NCBI GenBank assembly: GCA_050012475.1
Contig: JBEKHC010000107.1
Span: 1-16,320, forward strand
Source of the DNA: Candidatus Velthaea sp.
GTDB taxonomy: Bacteria > Vulcanimicrobiota > Vulcanimicrobiia > Vulcanimicrobiales > Vulcanimicrobiaceae
DNA length: 16,320 nucleotides
Direction: 5' to 3'
Below the pieces are notes generated by a model. It had not been told where the DNA came from. It saw nothing but the letters and a program-made list of their open reading frames with translations, and ran no database searches. Made by a program: the position numbers and the translations under genes. Below, piece by piece: positions 9,628-16,320 of this stretch. Positions within the stretch are counted from its first letter, which is position 1. The number at the start of each line of letters is the position of its first letter.

Positions 9628-11264
9628 GGGATGCTGATCCCTTCAGGCGGCGTCGACTCCGGGACTTCGCCCCGGCGCGTCCGGATGTTGATGAGCAACT
9701 CGTCCATGAGTTCGAGTTCGCCGGCGTCGCGCAAGATCGAGATCTGTTGGGTGGGCCAGTCGTAGTTGCGCGAGGTCCACACGGGCAAGTGTTTGTAGCG
9801 GCGATAAAACAGATATCCGACAATGCCGAACAGCAGCCACGCCGGACCGGCAATCCGCCCGATTTCATGTGTGATCATGGTGAACACCAGAATTGAAAAG
9901 ATGCCGATGAAACCGATCACGGCGACGACTGGAAACTTCACGCGCTCACCGCGGAACGTCATCGGGATATTGAGCGGAATCGTAAACTTGCGCGGGCTCA
10001 GCGGATCTCTGAGCCGCAGCGCGATCAGCGCGATGAACACGAACGAGTAACTCGTCGCCGCACCGAAGGCGTAGAGATCGGCCAGCACGTCGATCCCGGC
10101 TTCGCCGTGAAAAAACCGGCCGTAAATCGACCGCGCCGACGGATCCAAGCTGGGCAGCGCGGCAAAGATCAGCACCACGCACGCCAAGCCGCAGAAGGTG
10201 AAGATCGACACGGCGGGGGTGCGGTACTTGTTGTGCACGCGCTCGAAGGCCGAGGGCAGCAAATTCGATTTGCTCATCGCGTACGCAATCCGCGATGCGC
10301 CGAAGACGCCCGAGTTGCTCGAGATGAGCAGCAGGATCGCGCCCAAAATCGGCACGTACAATCCGGCCAGCCAGCCGAAGTACGGTACGTTCGCGGCCAG
10401 AACGGCGACCGCGCTGCCGCTGTTTTCGCTCGAGCCCAAGAACTGGAAGAACGTCTGCGTATGACCGTTCGGATCGAGCGGCACGGGATGGGCGGGCGTC
10501 ATCCCCAGCGCCAAGTTCGAGTATGCCAACGCATAGACCAGAATCGTGAGAATCAAACTAATCGAGGTGCGCGGAATGACCGAGGCCGGACGCTGGGTCT
10601 CTTGCGCGGCTTGCGAAATTGATTCCAGCCCGACGAATGAGATGATCGCCAGCGACGTACCGAGCAGCAAATGATCCGTGCCCGGCCAGTACGCGGTCAT
10701 CGAGTGAATGAGGAGATCGGGGCTGAAGGCAAACAAGAAGCCGAAGAAGAGGATCGACGTTTCGCTCACGACGTCGATCGCGCTGACCACGCCGTTGAGC
10801 GTCGTCGATTCACGCACGCCGGCGACGTTGAGCAAGCACAGCGAGGCGATCAGCCCGAAGGTGAGCAGAAAGTGCACCCACGGGTGGTTCGTCACCGTGA
10901 GCAGCGGAATGAGCTGACCGAGATAATCGACGCACGACCAGGCGAAGAGCGTGATGTCGATGGTGAAATCGAGCAGCACGGCCCAGCCGGCGATGAAGCC
11001 GAAGATGTCGCCCAAGCCGCGCATGACGAAGTATTGGCCGCCGCCGGCGACCGGATAGGTGGCCGCCAGTTCGGTGTAGGCGAGGCCGATGCAAACGTAG
11101 ACCACCCCGGCGAACAAGAACGCGATGTTCGAGCCGCCGCCCGCCGCGCCGAGGACCAGGCCCAAACCGACGAAGATGTCGGCGCCCACATCGGAATAGC
11201 CCCAGGAAAACGAACCCCACGGGGTGACGGCACGGCGCAGCGTCGGCTGAGATGACGTGGACAT
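9624..11264 (-). CDS. APC-superfamily (amino acid/polyamine/organocation) permease
   Basis: YTELAATYPVAGGGQYF, GFIAGWAVLLD, SFVGLESISQAAQE, GASRIAYAMS, HNKYRTP. About 12 TM. Confidence 0.9.
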   Translation of the reverse strand: MSTSSQPTLRRAVTPWGSFSWGYSDVGADIFVGLGLVLGAAGGGSNIAFLFAGVVYVCIGLAYTELAATYPVAGGGQYFVMRGLGDIFGFIAGWAVLLDFTIDITLFAWSCVDYLGQLIPLLTVTNHPWVHFLLTFGLIASLCLLNVAGVRESTTLNGVVSAIDVVSETSILFFGFLFAFSPDLLIHSMTAYWPGTDHLLLGTSLAIISFVGLESISQAAQETQRPASVIPRTSISLILTILVYALAYSNLALGMTPAHPVPLDPNGHTQTFFQFLGSSENSGSAVAVLAANVPYFGWLAGLYVPILGAILLLISSNSGVFGASRIAYAMSKSNLLPSAFERVHNKYRTPAVSIFTFCGLACVVLIFAALPSLDPSARSIYGRFFHGEAGIDVLADLYAFGAATSYSFVFIALIALRLRDPLSPRKFTIPLNIPMTFRGERVKFPVVAVIGFIGIFSILVFTMITHEIGRIAGPAWLLFGIVGYLFYRRYKHLPVWTSRNYDWPTQQISILRDAGELELMDELLINIRTRRGEVPESTPPEGISIP

Positions 11265-11265
11265 A

Positions 11266-12543
11266 TCAGCGCAGGCGCAGCACGATGCGCCGCAGCGCGG
11301 CGGAGACGCGCTCGGCTTCTTCGAGTTCTTTGAGCATGCCGCGTGCGCGCAAGTCCAAGATCGCGATGCCGAGCTGCCGGATCGACTCTTCGATCTCCTT
11401 GCGGTCGGGACGCTGCATCTCGCTGCTCTTTTGCAAGATCATCGCCGCGTACTTGAGCGTCGTCTTGGCGTATTCGAGTTCGTTGCCAATCTCCTTGAAA
11501 GCGCGCAGCGCGAGTCTATAGGTCCGAGTCGCTTCGGGATAATCCCGCTTGCGCGACGCGAGCATCCCCGAAAGTGTGCTCGCGTAACCGGCATTGAGCG
11601 TCGTCGTGCTGCCGAACGTTCGGTCGAGCGCATTGCGGACGGACTCCTCGATGGTCATGCCGGACGTTCGCCGCGGTGGCCCCTCGATTCCGGCCAAGTT
11701 CCGGGGTCCGGGCGAGGGCGCCGGGCCGCCGATGAGCGCTTTCAACTCGGCGATGAGTTCGCGCGCGGTCTGATAGCGCAGCTCGGGATTTTTCTCCAGC
11801 AGCCGCAGGACGATGCGATCGATTTGCGGGGGAATGGCCCGGTTGATGGTGCGCAGCGACGCCGGGACGTCGTTCACGTGGGCGAAGATGACGGCCACCA
11901 AATCGTCGGTCGGACTCTTGAACGGGACGCGGCCGGTGAACACTTCGTACATCACCACGCCGACCGAGTAGAGGTCGCTGCGGGCGTCGGCGACTTTGCC
12001 CAAGAAGCGTTCCGGGGCCAGATAGGCGATGGTGCCGACAATTTCGCCGGCATTGGTTTCGCTCGACATCTCGCTGGTGCGGCGCGACAGTCCGAAGTCC
12101 ATCACTTTGATCGTGCCGTCGTCGGTCACCATCACGTTGGTGGGCTTGATATCGCGATGGATGATGTTCTGATCGTGCGCGTAGGCGAGCGCTTCGAGCA
12201 ACTCGATGAAGTAGCGGATGGCGGCGTGGATCGTGAGATGGTCGGCCGGAATTTGCGCCAGCGTCCGGCCCGACACGAGTTCCATGATGATGTAGGACAG
12301 ACCGTCGGCCTGCCCGGCATCGTACACGGCGACGATGTTGCGATGGTTGAGCTTGGCCATCGACTGCGCTTCGCGCAGAAAACGGCGCAGCACCGGGTCG
12401 GAGCGATCGGTGAGGATCTTGACGGCCACGGGGCGTTCGAGCGTCGTATCGACGCCGCGGTACACGTCGGCCATCCCGCCGCTGCCGATCAGCGCTTCGA
12501 CCCGGTAGCGACCGGCGAGGGTCCGGCCGGCAAGGTCGGTCAT
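11266..12543 (-). CDS. Hanks-type Ser/Thr protein kinase, soluble, with C-terminal helical (TPR-like) domain
   Basis: GSGGMADVY, VAVK, FLREA, HRDIKPTN, DFG, GTIAYLAPE and SDLYSVG all intact. No TM or PASTA segment. Confidence 0.93.
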   Translation of the reverse strand: MTDLAGRTLAGRYRVEALIGSGGMADVYRGVDTTLERPVAVKILTDRSDPVLRRFLREAQSMAKLNHRNIVAVYDAGQADGLSYIIMELVSGRTLAQIPADHLTIHAAIRYFIELLEALAYAHDQNIIHRDIKPTNVMVTDDGTIKVMDFGLSRRTSEMSSETNAGEIVGTIAYLAPERFLGKVADARSDLYSVGVVMYEVFTGRVPFKSPTDDLVAVIFAHVNDVPASLRTINRAIPPQIDRIVLRLLEKNPELRYQTARELIAELKALIGGPAPSPGPRNLAGIEGPPRRTSGMTIEESVRNALDRTFGSTTTLNAGYASTLSGMLASRKRDYPEATRTYRLALRAFKEIGNELEYAKTTLKYAAMILQKSSEMQRPDRKEIEESIRQLGIAILDLRARGMLKELEEAERVSAALRRIVLRLR

Positions 12544-12881
12544 GCAAATGCACCACGATGAAGTTCGGCGCGCCCGGCGTCGACCGTCACCACGTCGAAG
12601 CGCGCCCGGGCGCGGGGGGCGGCGATTTGCAGCCAGTCGGCGGCCAGCGCGCGCAGCGTCCGCCGTTTGCGCGCATCGACCGCCGTCAGGGCCGAACCGA
12701 AGCGCTTGTTCGCGCGGGTTTTGACTTCGACGAACACGATCACGTCGCGATCCTTGGCGATCACGTCGATCTCGCCGCCGGGCAGCCGGGCGTTGCGGGC
12801 CAGGATGGTGTAGCCGCGCTCTTCCAGGAGCCGGACGGCGGCATCTTCACCGCTGCGGCCCAGGCTGCCGTGCCGATTCAC
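12540..12881 (-). CDS. yraN: YraN family (UPF0102) putative PD-(D/E)xK nuclease
   Basis: Start re-called to GTG 12881 (overlaps the rnhB stop). LGRSGEDAA, GEIDVIA, VFVEVKTR, RFDVV. Canonical position after rnhB. Confidence 0.92.
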   Translation of the reverse strand: MNRHGSLGRSGEDAAVRLLEERGYTILARNARLPGGEIDVIAKDRDVIVFVEVKTRANKRFGSALTAVDARKRRTLRALAADWLQIAAPRARARFDVVTVDAGRAELHRGAFA

Positions 12882-13567
12882 GATGCGGGCTCGAACCCCG
12901 GAAAACGCAACAGCGCGTCCTTGACCCGCCAGAAGCCGCGCCGGTGGTGGACGCACGGGCCGTGCTCGGCCAGCGCGGCGATGTGCTGCTGGGTCGCATA
13001 CCCTTTGTGATCGGCAAAGCCGTACTGCGGAAAATGGCGGCCGAGTTCGACGAGCAGGGCGTCGCGGTGCACCTTGGCGACGATCGATGCCGCGGCTACC
13101 GTGGCGCATTTCGCATCACCCTTGATCACCGGCAATTGCGGGCCGAGGTAGGCCTTGATCCGCACGGCATCGGTGAGCAAATACTGGGGCTGGCAGGCAA
13201 GCGCGGCCAGCGCGCGCTCCATAGCCAAGACGGACGCCCAGTAGATGTTGAGCCGGTCGATTTCAGCGACCGAGGCTTCGCCGACCGCCCAGGCCGTCGC
13301 GCGGGCGCAGATCTCGAGCGCGAGTTCGGCCCGGCGTTCGGGAAGCACTTGCTTGGAGTCGTTGAGTCCGCGCAGCATCAGCGGCCCGTCGGTCACGACA
13401 CAGGCGGCAACCACAGGGCCGGCGAGCGGTCCACGGCCGACTTCATCGATGCCGCCCACGAGCAGATAGCCTTGTCCGCGGGCTTCCTCCTCGAAGCGGT
13501 GGAGTCGCTGGAGCCGGCGCCGCTCGGCTTGGGCAGCGTTGCGGCGTTTGCGCGCGGCGTCGTTCAT
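12878..13567 (-). CDS. rnhB: Ribonuclease HII
   Basis: Start re-called to ATG 13567. GIDEVGRGPLAGPV, LNDSK, IDRLNI, IKGDA, AAASIVAKVHRD, HKGY. Confidence 0.95.
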   Translation of the reverse strand: MNDAARKRRNAAQAERRRLQRLHRFEEEARGQGYLLVGGIDEVGRGPLAGPVVAACVVTDGPLMLRGLNDSKQVLPERRAELALEICARATAWAVGEASVAEIDRLNIYWASVLAMERALAALACQPQYLLTDAVRIKAYLGPQLPVIKGDAKCATVAAASIVAKVHRDALLVELGRHFPQYGFADHKGYATQQHIAALAEHGPCVHHRRGFWRVKDALLRFPGFEPAS

Positions 13568-14367
13568 TGGAGTGCCTCGCCCGGCGGTGGGGGCGGCGTC
13601 TCGAAGGTGATCCGGCCAAACTTTGCCAGGTTGAAATCCTTGACGAACGCCGCGGCTGCGGTATGGAGATCGAGCTCGTTGGCGCGCTGCAGAAAACCGC
13701 GCCGCCGGGCAAACGTTTCGAGGTCGGGTACCGCGCGACCGTGCTCCGCGGCCCAAAGCGTGAACCTCGCCACGATCTCTTGCGCATCGTAACGGTCGCG
13801 CGGAAGCGCGTTGCACAGCGCGAGCTGCCACTGAGCGTCGAGCGTTTCGATCTTCGGCGGCATGATGCCGGGCGTATCCATGACCTCTAACGTGGGTGAG
13901 ATCCGAAACCAGCTCAGCGAACGGGTCACGCCGGCCTTGTCTTCGGCTTTGGCCGCCGTCCGTTTGGCAAGTGCGTTGATCACCGTCGACTTTCCGGTGT
14001 TGGGAATGCCGACCACCATGGCGCGCGTCGTTCGCCGCTCGCCGCCCAGCTCGTGCAGCAGCGGGAGCGCGTTGCGCACGCTGCCGACGAGTTTCCCATT
14101 GATCGCCAGCGCTCGGCGGCCCAAGGCCCGTTCGTATGCAACCCATTTCCCCGTCAGGTGCGGGTCGGCAAGGTCCTCGCGTCCCAGCAGCACGAGCCGC
14201 GGCGTGGCACCGATGAGTTCGTCGAGCAGCGGGTTCGCTGAGATCGTCGGCAGCCGCGCGTCGACGACTTCGACGATCACGTCGACGAGCGTCAAGCGCT
14301 CGCGCATGAGCCGAATCGATTGTGCCATGTGCCCGGGAAACCAGCCGAGCTGTCCGACGGAACTCAC
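13564..14367 (-). CDS. rbgA: Ribosome biogenesis GTPase RbgA/YlqF (circularly permuted)
   Basis: WFPGHM N-terminus, VDARLP, G1 GIPNTGKS, G2 GVT, G3 DTPG, C-terminal GKFGRITFE-like (AKFGRITFE). The G4 position reads GRED. Confidence 0.93.
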   Translation of the reverse strand: MSSVGQLGWFPGHMAQSIRLMRERLTLVDVIVEVVDARLPTISANPLLDELIGATPRLVLLGREDLADPHLTGKWVAYERALGRRALAINGKLVGSVRNALPLLHELGGERRTTRAMVVGIPNTGKSTVINALAKRTAAKAEDKAGVTRSLSWFRISPTLEVMDTPGIMPPKIETLDAQWQLALCNALPRDRYDAQEIVARFTLWAAEHGRAVPDLETFARRRGFLQRANELDLHTAAAAFVKDFNLAKFGRITFETPPPPPGEALQ

Positions 14368-14861
14368 GGCGTATCGACCTCCCGCAGCGGCCAGAGCGTT
14401 ACGATTGCTTTACCGATGACGTCGCGTACCGGCAAGATGCCCCAATTGCGCGAATCGTCGCTGTTCGCACGGTTGTCACCAAGCACGTACACGCCGTCGG
14501 CGGGAACGCTGACGGGCCGCCGGCTTTGGGTGTCGCGAAAGCGCACGTAGCCCTCGTCGAGCAGTTTGCCGTCGAGCCATACGCTGCCGCGATCGATCCA
14601 AACCCGATCGCCGGGTAGCGCGATCACGCGCTTGAGATACGTCTGCGGCGTCGGCGATTCATGCCGAAACGCTACGATGTCGCCGCGCCGAATGGCGCCG
14701 AACCGATATGCCAGCGTATTGATCAGAACGAATTCGCCCGAGTGGATGCGCGGCTCCATCGACAATCCTGATACGTGCGGCGCTCGAAGGAAGAAGGCCG
14801 CGCCGATGAGCCCGAGGACGAGCACTTGCGCGCAAACATTGGCGATCGTGCGGAGACGCAT
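14364..14861 (-). CDS. lepB: Signal peptidase I, short paralog; start ATG 14861 or GTG 14867
   Basis: Single N-terminal TM, Ser box SGLSMEP, RGDIVAF, Lys box YLKRV, GDNRANSDDSR. Confidence 0.88.
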   Translation of the reverse strand: MRLRTIANVCAQVLVLGLIGAAFFLRAPHVSGLSMEPRIHSGEFVLINTLAYRFGAIRRGDIVAFRHESPTPQTYLKRVIALPGDRVWIDRGSVWLDGKLLDEGYVRFRDTQSRRPVSVPADGVYVLGDNRANSDDSRNWGILPVRDVIGKAIVTLWPLREVDTP

Positions 14862-14923
14862 CGTCACTGCCCGCCGCTTCGGCGCGCCGGCGACGCGCCC
14901 ATGCCGTGCCGCCGGCGGCGAAC

Positions 14924-15679
14924 CTATTTGAGGATGCGAATTCGATTGAACGGCCAAAACAAAAGGAATGCATGCCCGGTGAAGCCGGCTCGTTGGCCTA
15001 CATTGGGACCGGCGATGAATTTGCCGCCGGGCTGCGCGAAGCCCCAGATGTGCGAGTCCTCGGAGTTGTTCCGATTGTCGCCCATCATGAAGTAACAGCC
15101 GTTGGGAATCCGGTCGGGGGCTTGCCAGAAGCTCTTGGGCGGAACATTCGCATTCTGCGGATCGAGCGGCTGTCCGTCGACGTAGATGCCGTAATTTTTG
15201 ATCTCGAGTTCGTAGTTCGGGTTCTGTGCGATGTACGGTTCGACCAGCGCGGTGCCGTTGCGATAGACGACGCCTTGATGGATGCGCAGCTGATCGCCCG
15301 GCGCGCCGATGACGCGCTTGATGAAATCATTACTCGATTGGATCGGCGGCGGGAAAACGACGATGTCGCCGCGGTGGGGGCGCGAAAACCGGTATTCGAA
15401 CTCGTTGACGAGCAGGACGTCGTGAATTTGCAGCGTCGGTTCCATCGAGCCGCTGGGAATGTAAAAGGTCCGCACCACGAAGGTGATGAGGAACAGCGCG
15501 ACGAGGCCCGCGACGATGAAGGCGTCGAGGTATTCGCGGATGACCGTGCGCGTCGACGGCGACGCCGCCACGTCGCCGGCCGTCATCCCTGAAGCCGGAA
15601 CTGTCTGGGGGCGAAGGCTGATCGCGACGCGCACGATTGCGAAGAAGCAGATGAGCGCGAGAAGTTCGAGCGGGGTCAC
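14924..15679 (-). CDS. lepB: Signal peptidase I, long paralog
   Basis: Two N-terminal hydrophobic segments, IPSGSMEPT, RGDIVVF, FIKRV, GDNRNNSEDSH, FWP. Confidence 0.92.
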   Translation of the reverse strand: MTPLELLALICFFAIVRVAISLRPQTVPASGMTAGDVAASPSTRTVIREYLDAFIVAGLVALFLITFVVRTFYIPSGSMEPTLQIHDVLLVNEFEYRFSRPHRGDIVVFPPPIQSSNDFIKRVIGAPGDQLRIHQGVVYRNGTALVEPYIAQNPNYELEIKNYGIYVDGQPLDPQNANVPPKSFWQAPDRIPNGCYFMMGDNRNNSEDSHIWGFAQPGGKFIAGPNVGQRAGFTGHAFLLFWPFNRIRILK

Positions 15680-15700
15680 GGTGCAGCAGCGGAACCCGCG

Positions 15701-16051
15701 TTAGCGGACGGCTTTCTTCTCCTTGATGCGAGCTGCTTTTCCGACTTTATCCGACAAATAGTACAAGCGGCTGCGCCGCACGATGCCGCGTTTGGAAACC
15801 TCGACCCGGTCGACGCGCGGGCTGTGCAAGAGGAACGACTTTTCGACCCCGACGCCGTGCGAGATGCGGCGGACCGTGATCGTTTCGGCCGAACCGCCGC
15901 CGCGGCGGACGGTCACGACGCCCTCGAACATTTGGATCCGTTCCTTGCCGCCCTCGACGACCTTCGAATACACTTTGACCGTGTCGCCGGGCCGAAAGAC
16001 GGGGACGGAGGGCTTTTCCTGTTCCTTTTGGATCAGGTCGATGACGTTCAT
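15701..16051 (-). CDS. rplS: 50S ribosomal protein L19
   Basis: Start re-called to ATG 16051 (MNVIDLI). [51 protein letters not shown]. Confidence 0.97.
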   Translation of the reverse strand: MNVIDLIQKEQEKPSVPVFRPGDTVKVYSKVVEGGKERIQMFEGVVTVRRGGGSAETITVRRISHGVGVEKSFLLHSPRVDRVEVSKRGIVRRSRLYYLSDKVGKAARIKEKKAVR

Positions 16052-16141
16052 GTTTCTCTCGTTACGGCAAAGTTGCGTGAGCGGTCGCCCGGCTTGGTAC
16101 CATGCGCGGGGATCCCGCCGGCAAGGGCGGACAACCAACAA

Positions 16142-16170
16142 AGTCTATCACGGGACGCCTACTCGTGCAA
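16142..16170 (-). promoter_or_regulatory. Sigma70/SigA-type promoter for rplS operon
   Basis: Minus strand TTGCAC-N17-TAGACT with extended TGn before the -10, about 90 nt upstream of the rplS ATG. Confidence 0.7.
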
Positions 16171-16320
16171 TGACGGCGGGTTTCGTCGAGGCTATTCGGG
16201 TCGACCGGCAAAAGGTTTGAGCAACCGATCGGACGATGACGGCTTGGGCGCCGTGAAAGCGTTCGGCGGGTTCGGAGTGCGCTCCGGCAAGGCCCCCTCG
16301 CGGTGAAAAATCGTTCACCG

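Noticed and set aside
11257..12561. 434-aa plus-strand ORF opposite the kinase, and similar ORFs at 8216-9442 and 7182-8477
   Set aside because: Arg/Ala/Gly-rich alternative-frame artefacts overlapping well-supported genes.
14864..14902. 12-codon minus-strand ORF between the lepB genes whose TGA overlaps GTG 14867
   Set aside because: No SD and no distinctive sequence; expected by chance in GC-rich DNA.
16171..16320. 3' end of trmD or an RNA gene upstream of rplS
   Set aside because: None of the three minus-strand frames resembles TrmD, and no tRNA-like motifs were seen.

Overview
GC-rich bacterial chromosomal window with two convergent blocks. Plus strand (156-5972): the distal part of a group-5 (propane/acetone/phenol-type) soluble di-iron monooxygenase operon (reductase, hydroxylase beta subunit, coupling protein), a dedicated GroEL-like chaperonin, an Nramp-related metal transporter with non-canonical metal-site motifs, and a translationally coupled 52-aa membrane microprotein absent from the ORF track. 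The alpha subunit is not in the window and probably lies upstream. Minus strand (16051 to 6035): a sigma70-type promoter precedes rplS-lepB-lepB-rbgA(ylqF)-rnhB-yraN. This runs by stop/start overlaps into a soluble Ser/Thr kinase, an APC permease, a 2-TM small protein and a membrane-anchored USP, followed by a MATE pump and a secreted serine hydrolase. Main observations: (i) a REP-like family of GCGG-hairpin(GNA loop)-ACGCC units at two intergenic sites with compensatory stem changes; (ii) a kinase/APC/2-TM/TM-USP module attached to a ribosome-biogenesis operon; (iii) an apparently split Nramp-like transporter on an alkane-oxidation operon; (iv) an RbgA whose G4 motif reads GRED instead of NKxD. 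All family assignments come from motif recognition only; no database searches were run.
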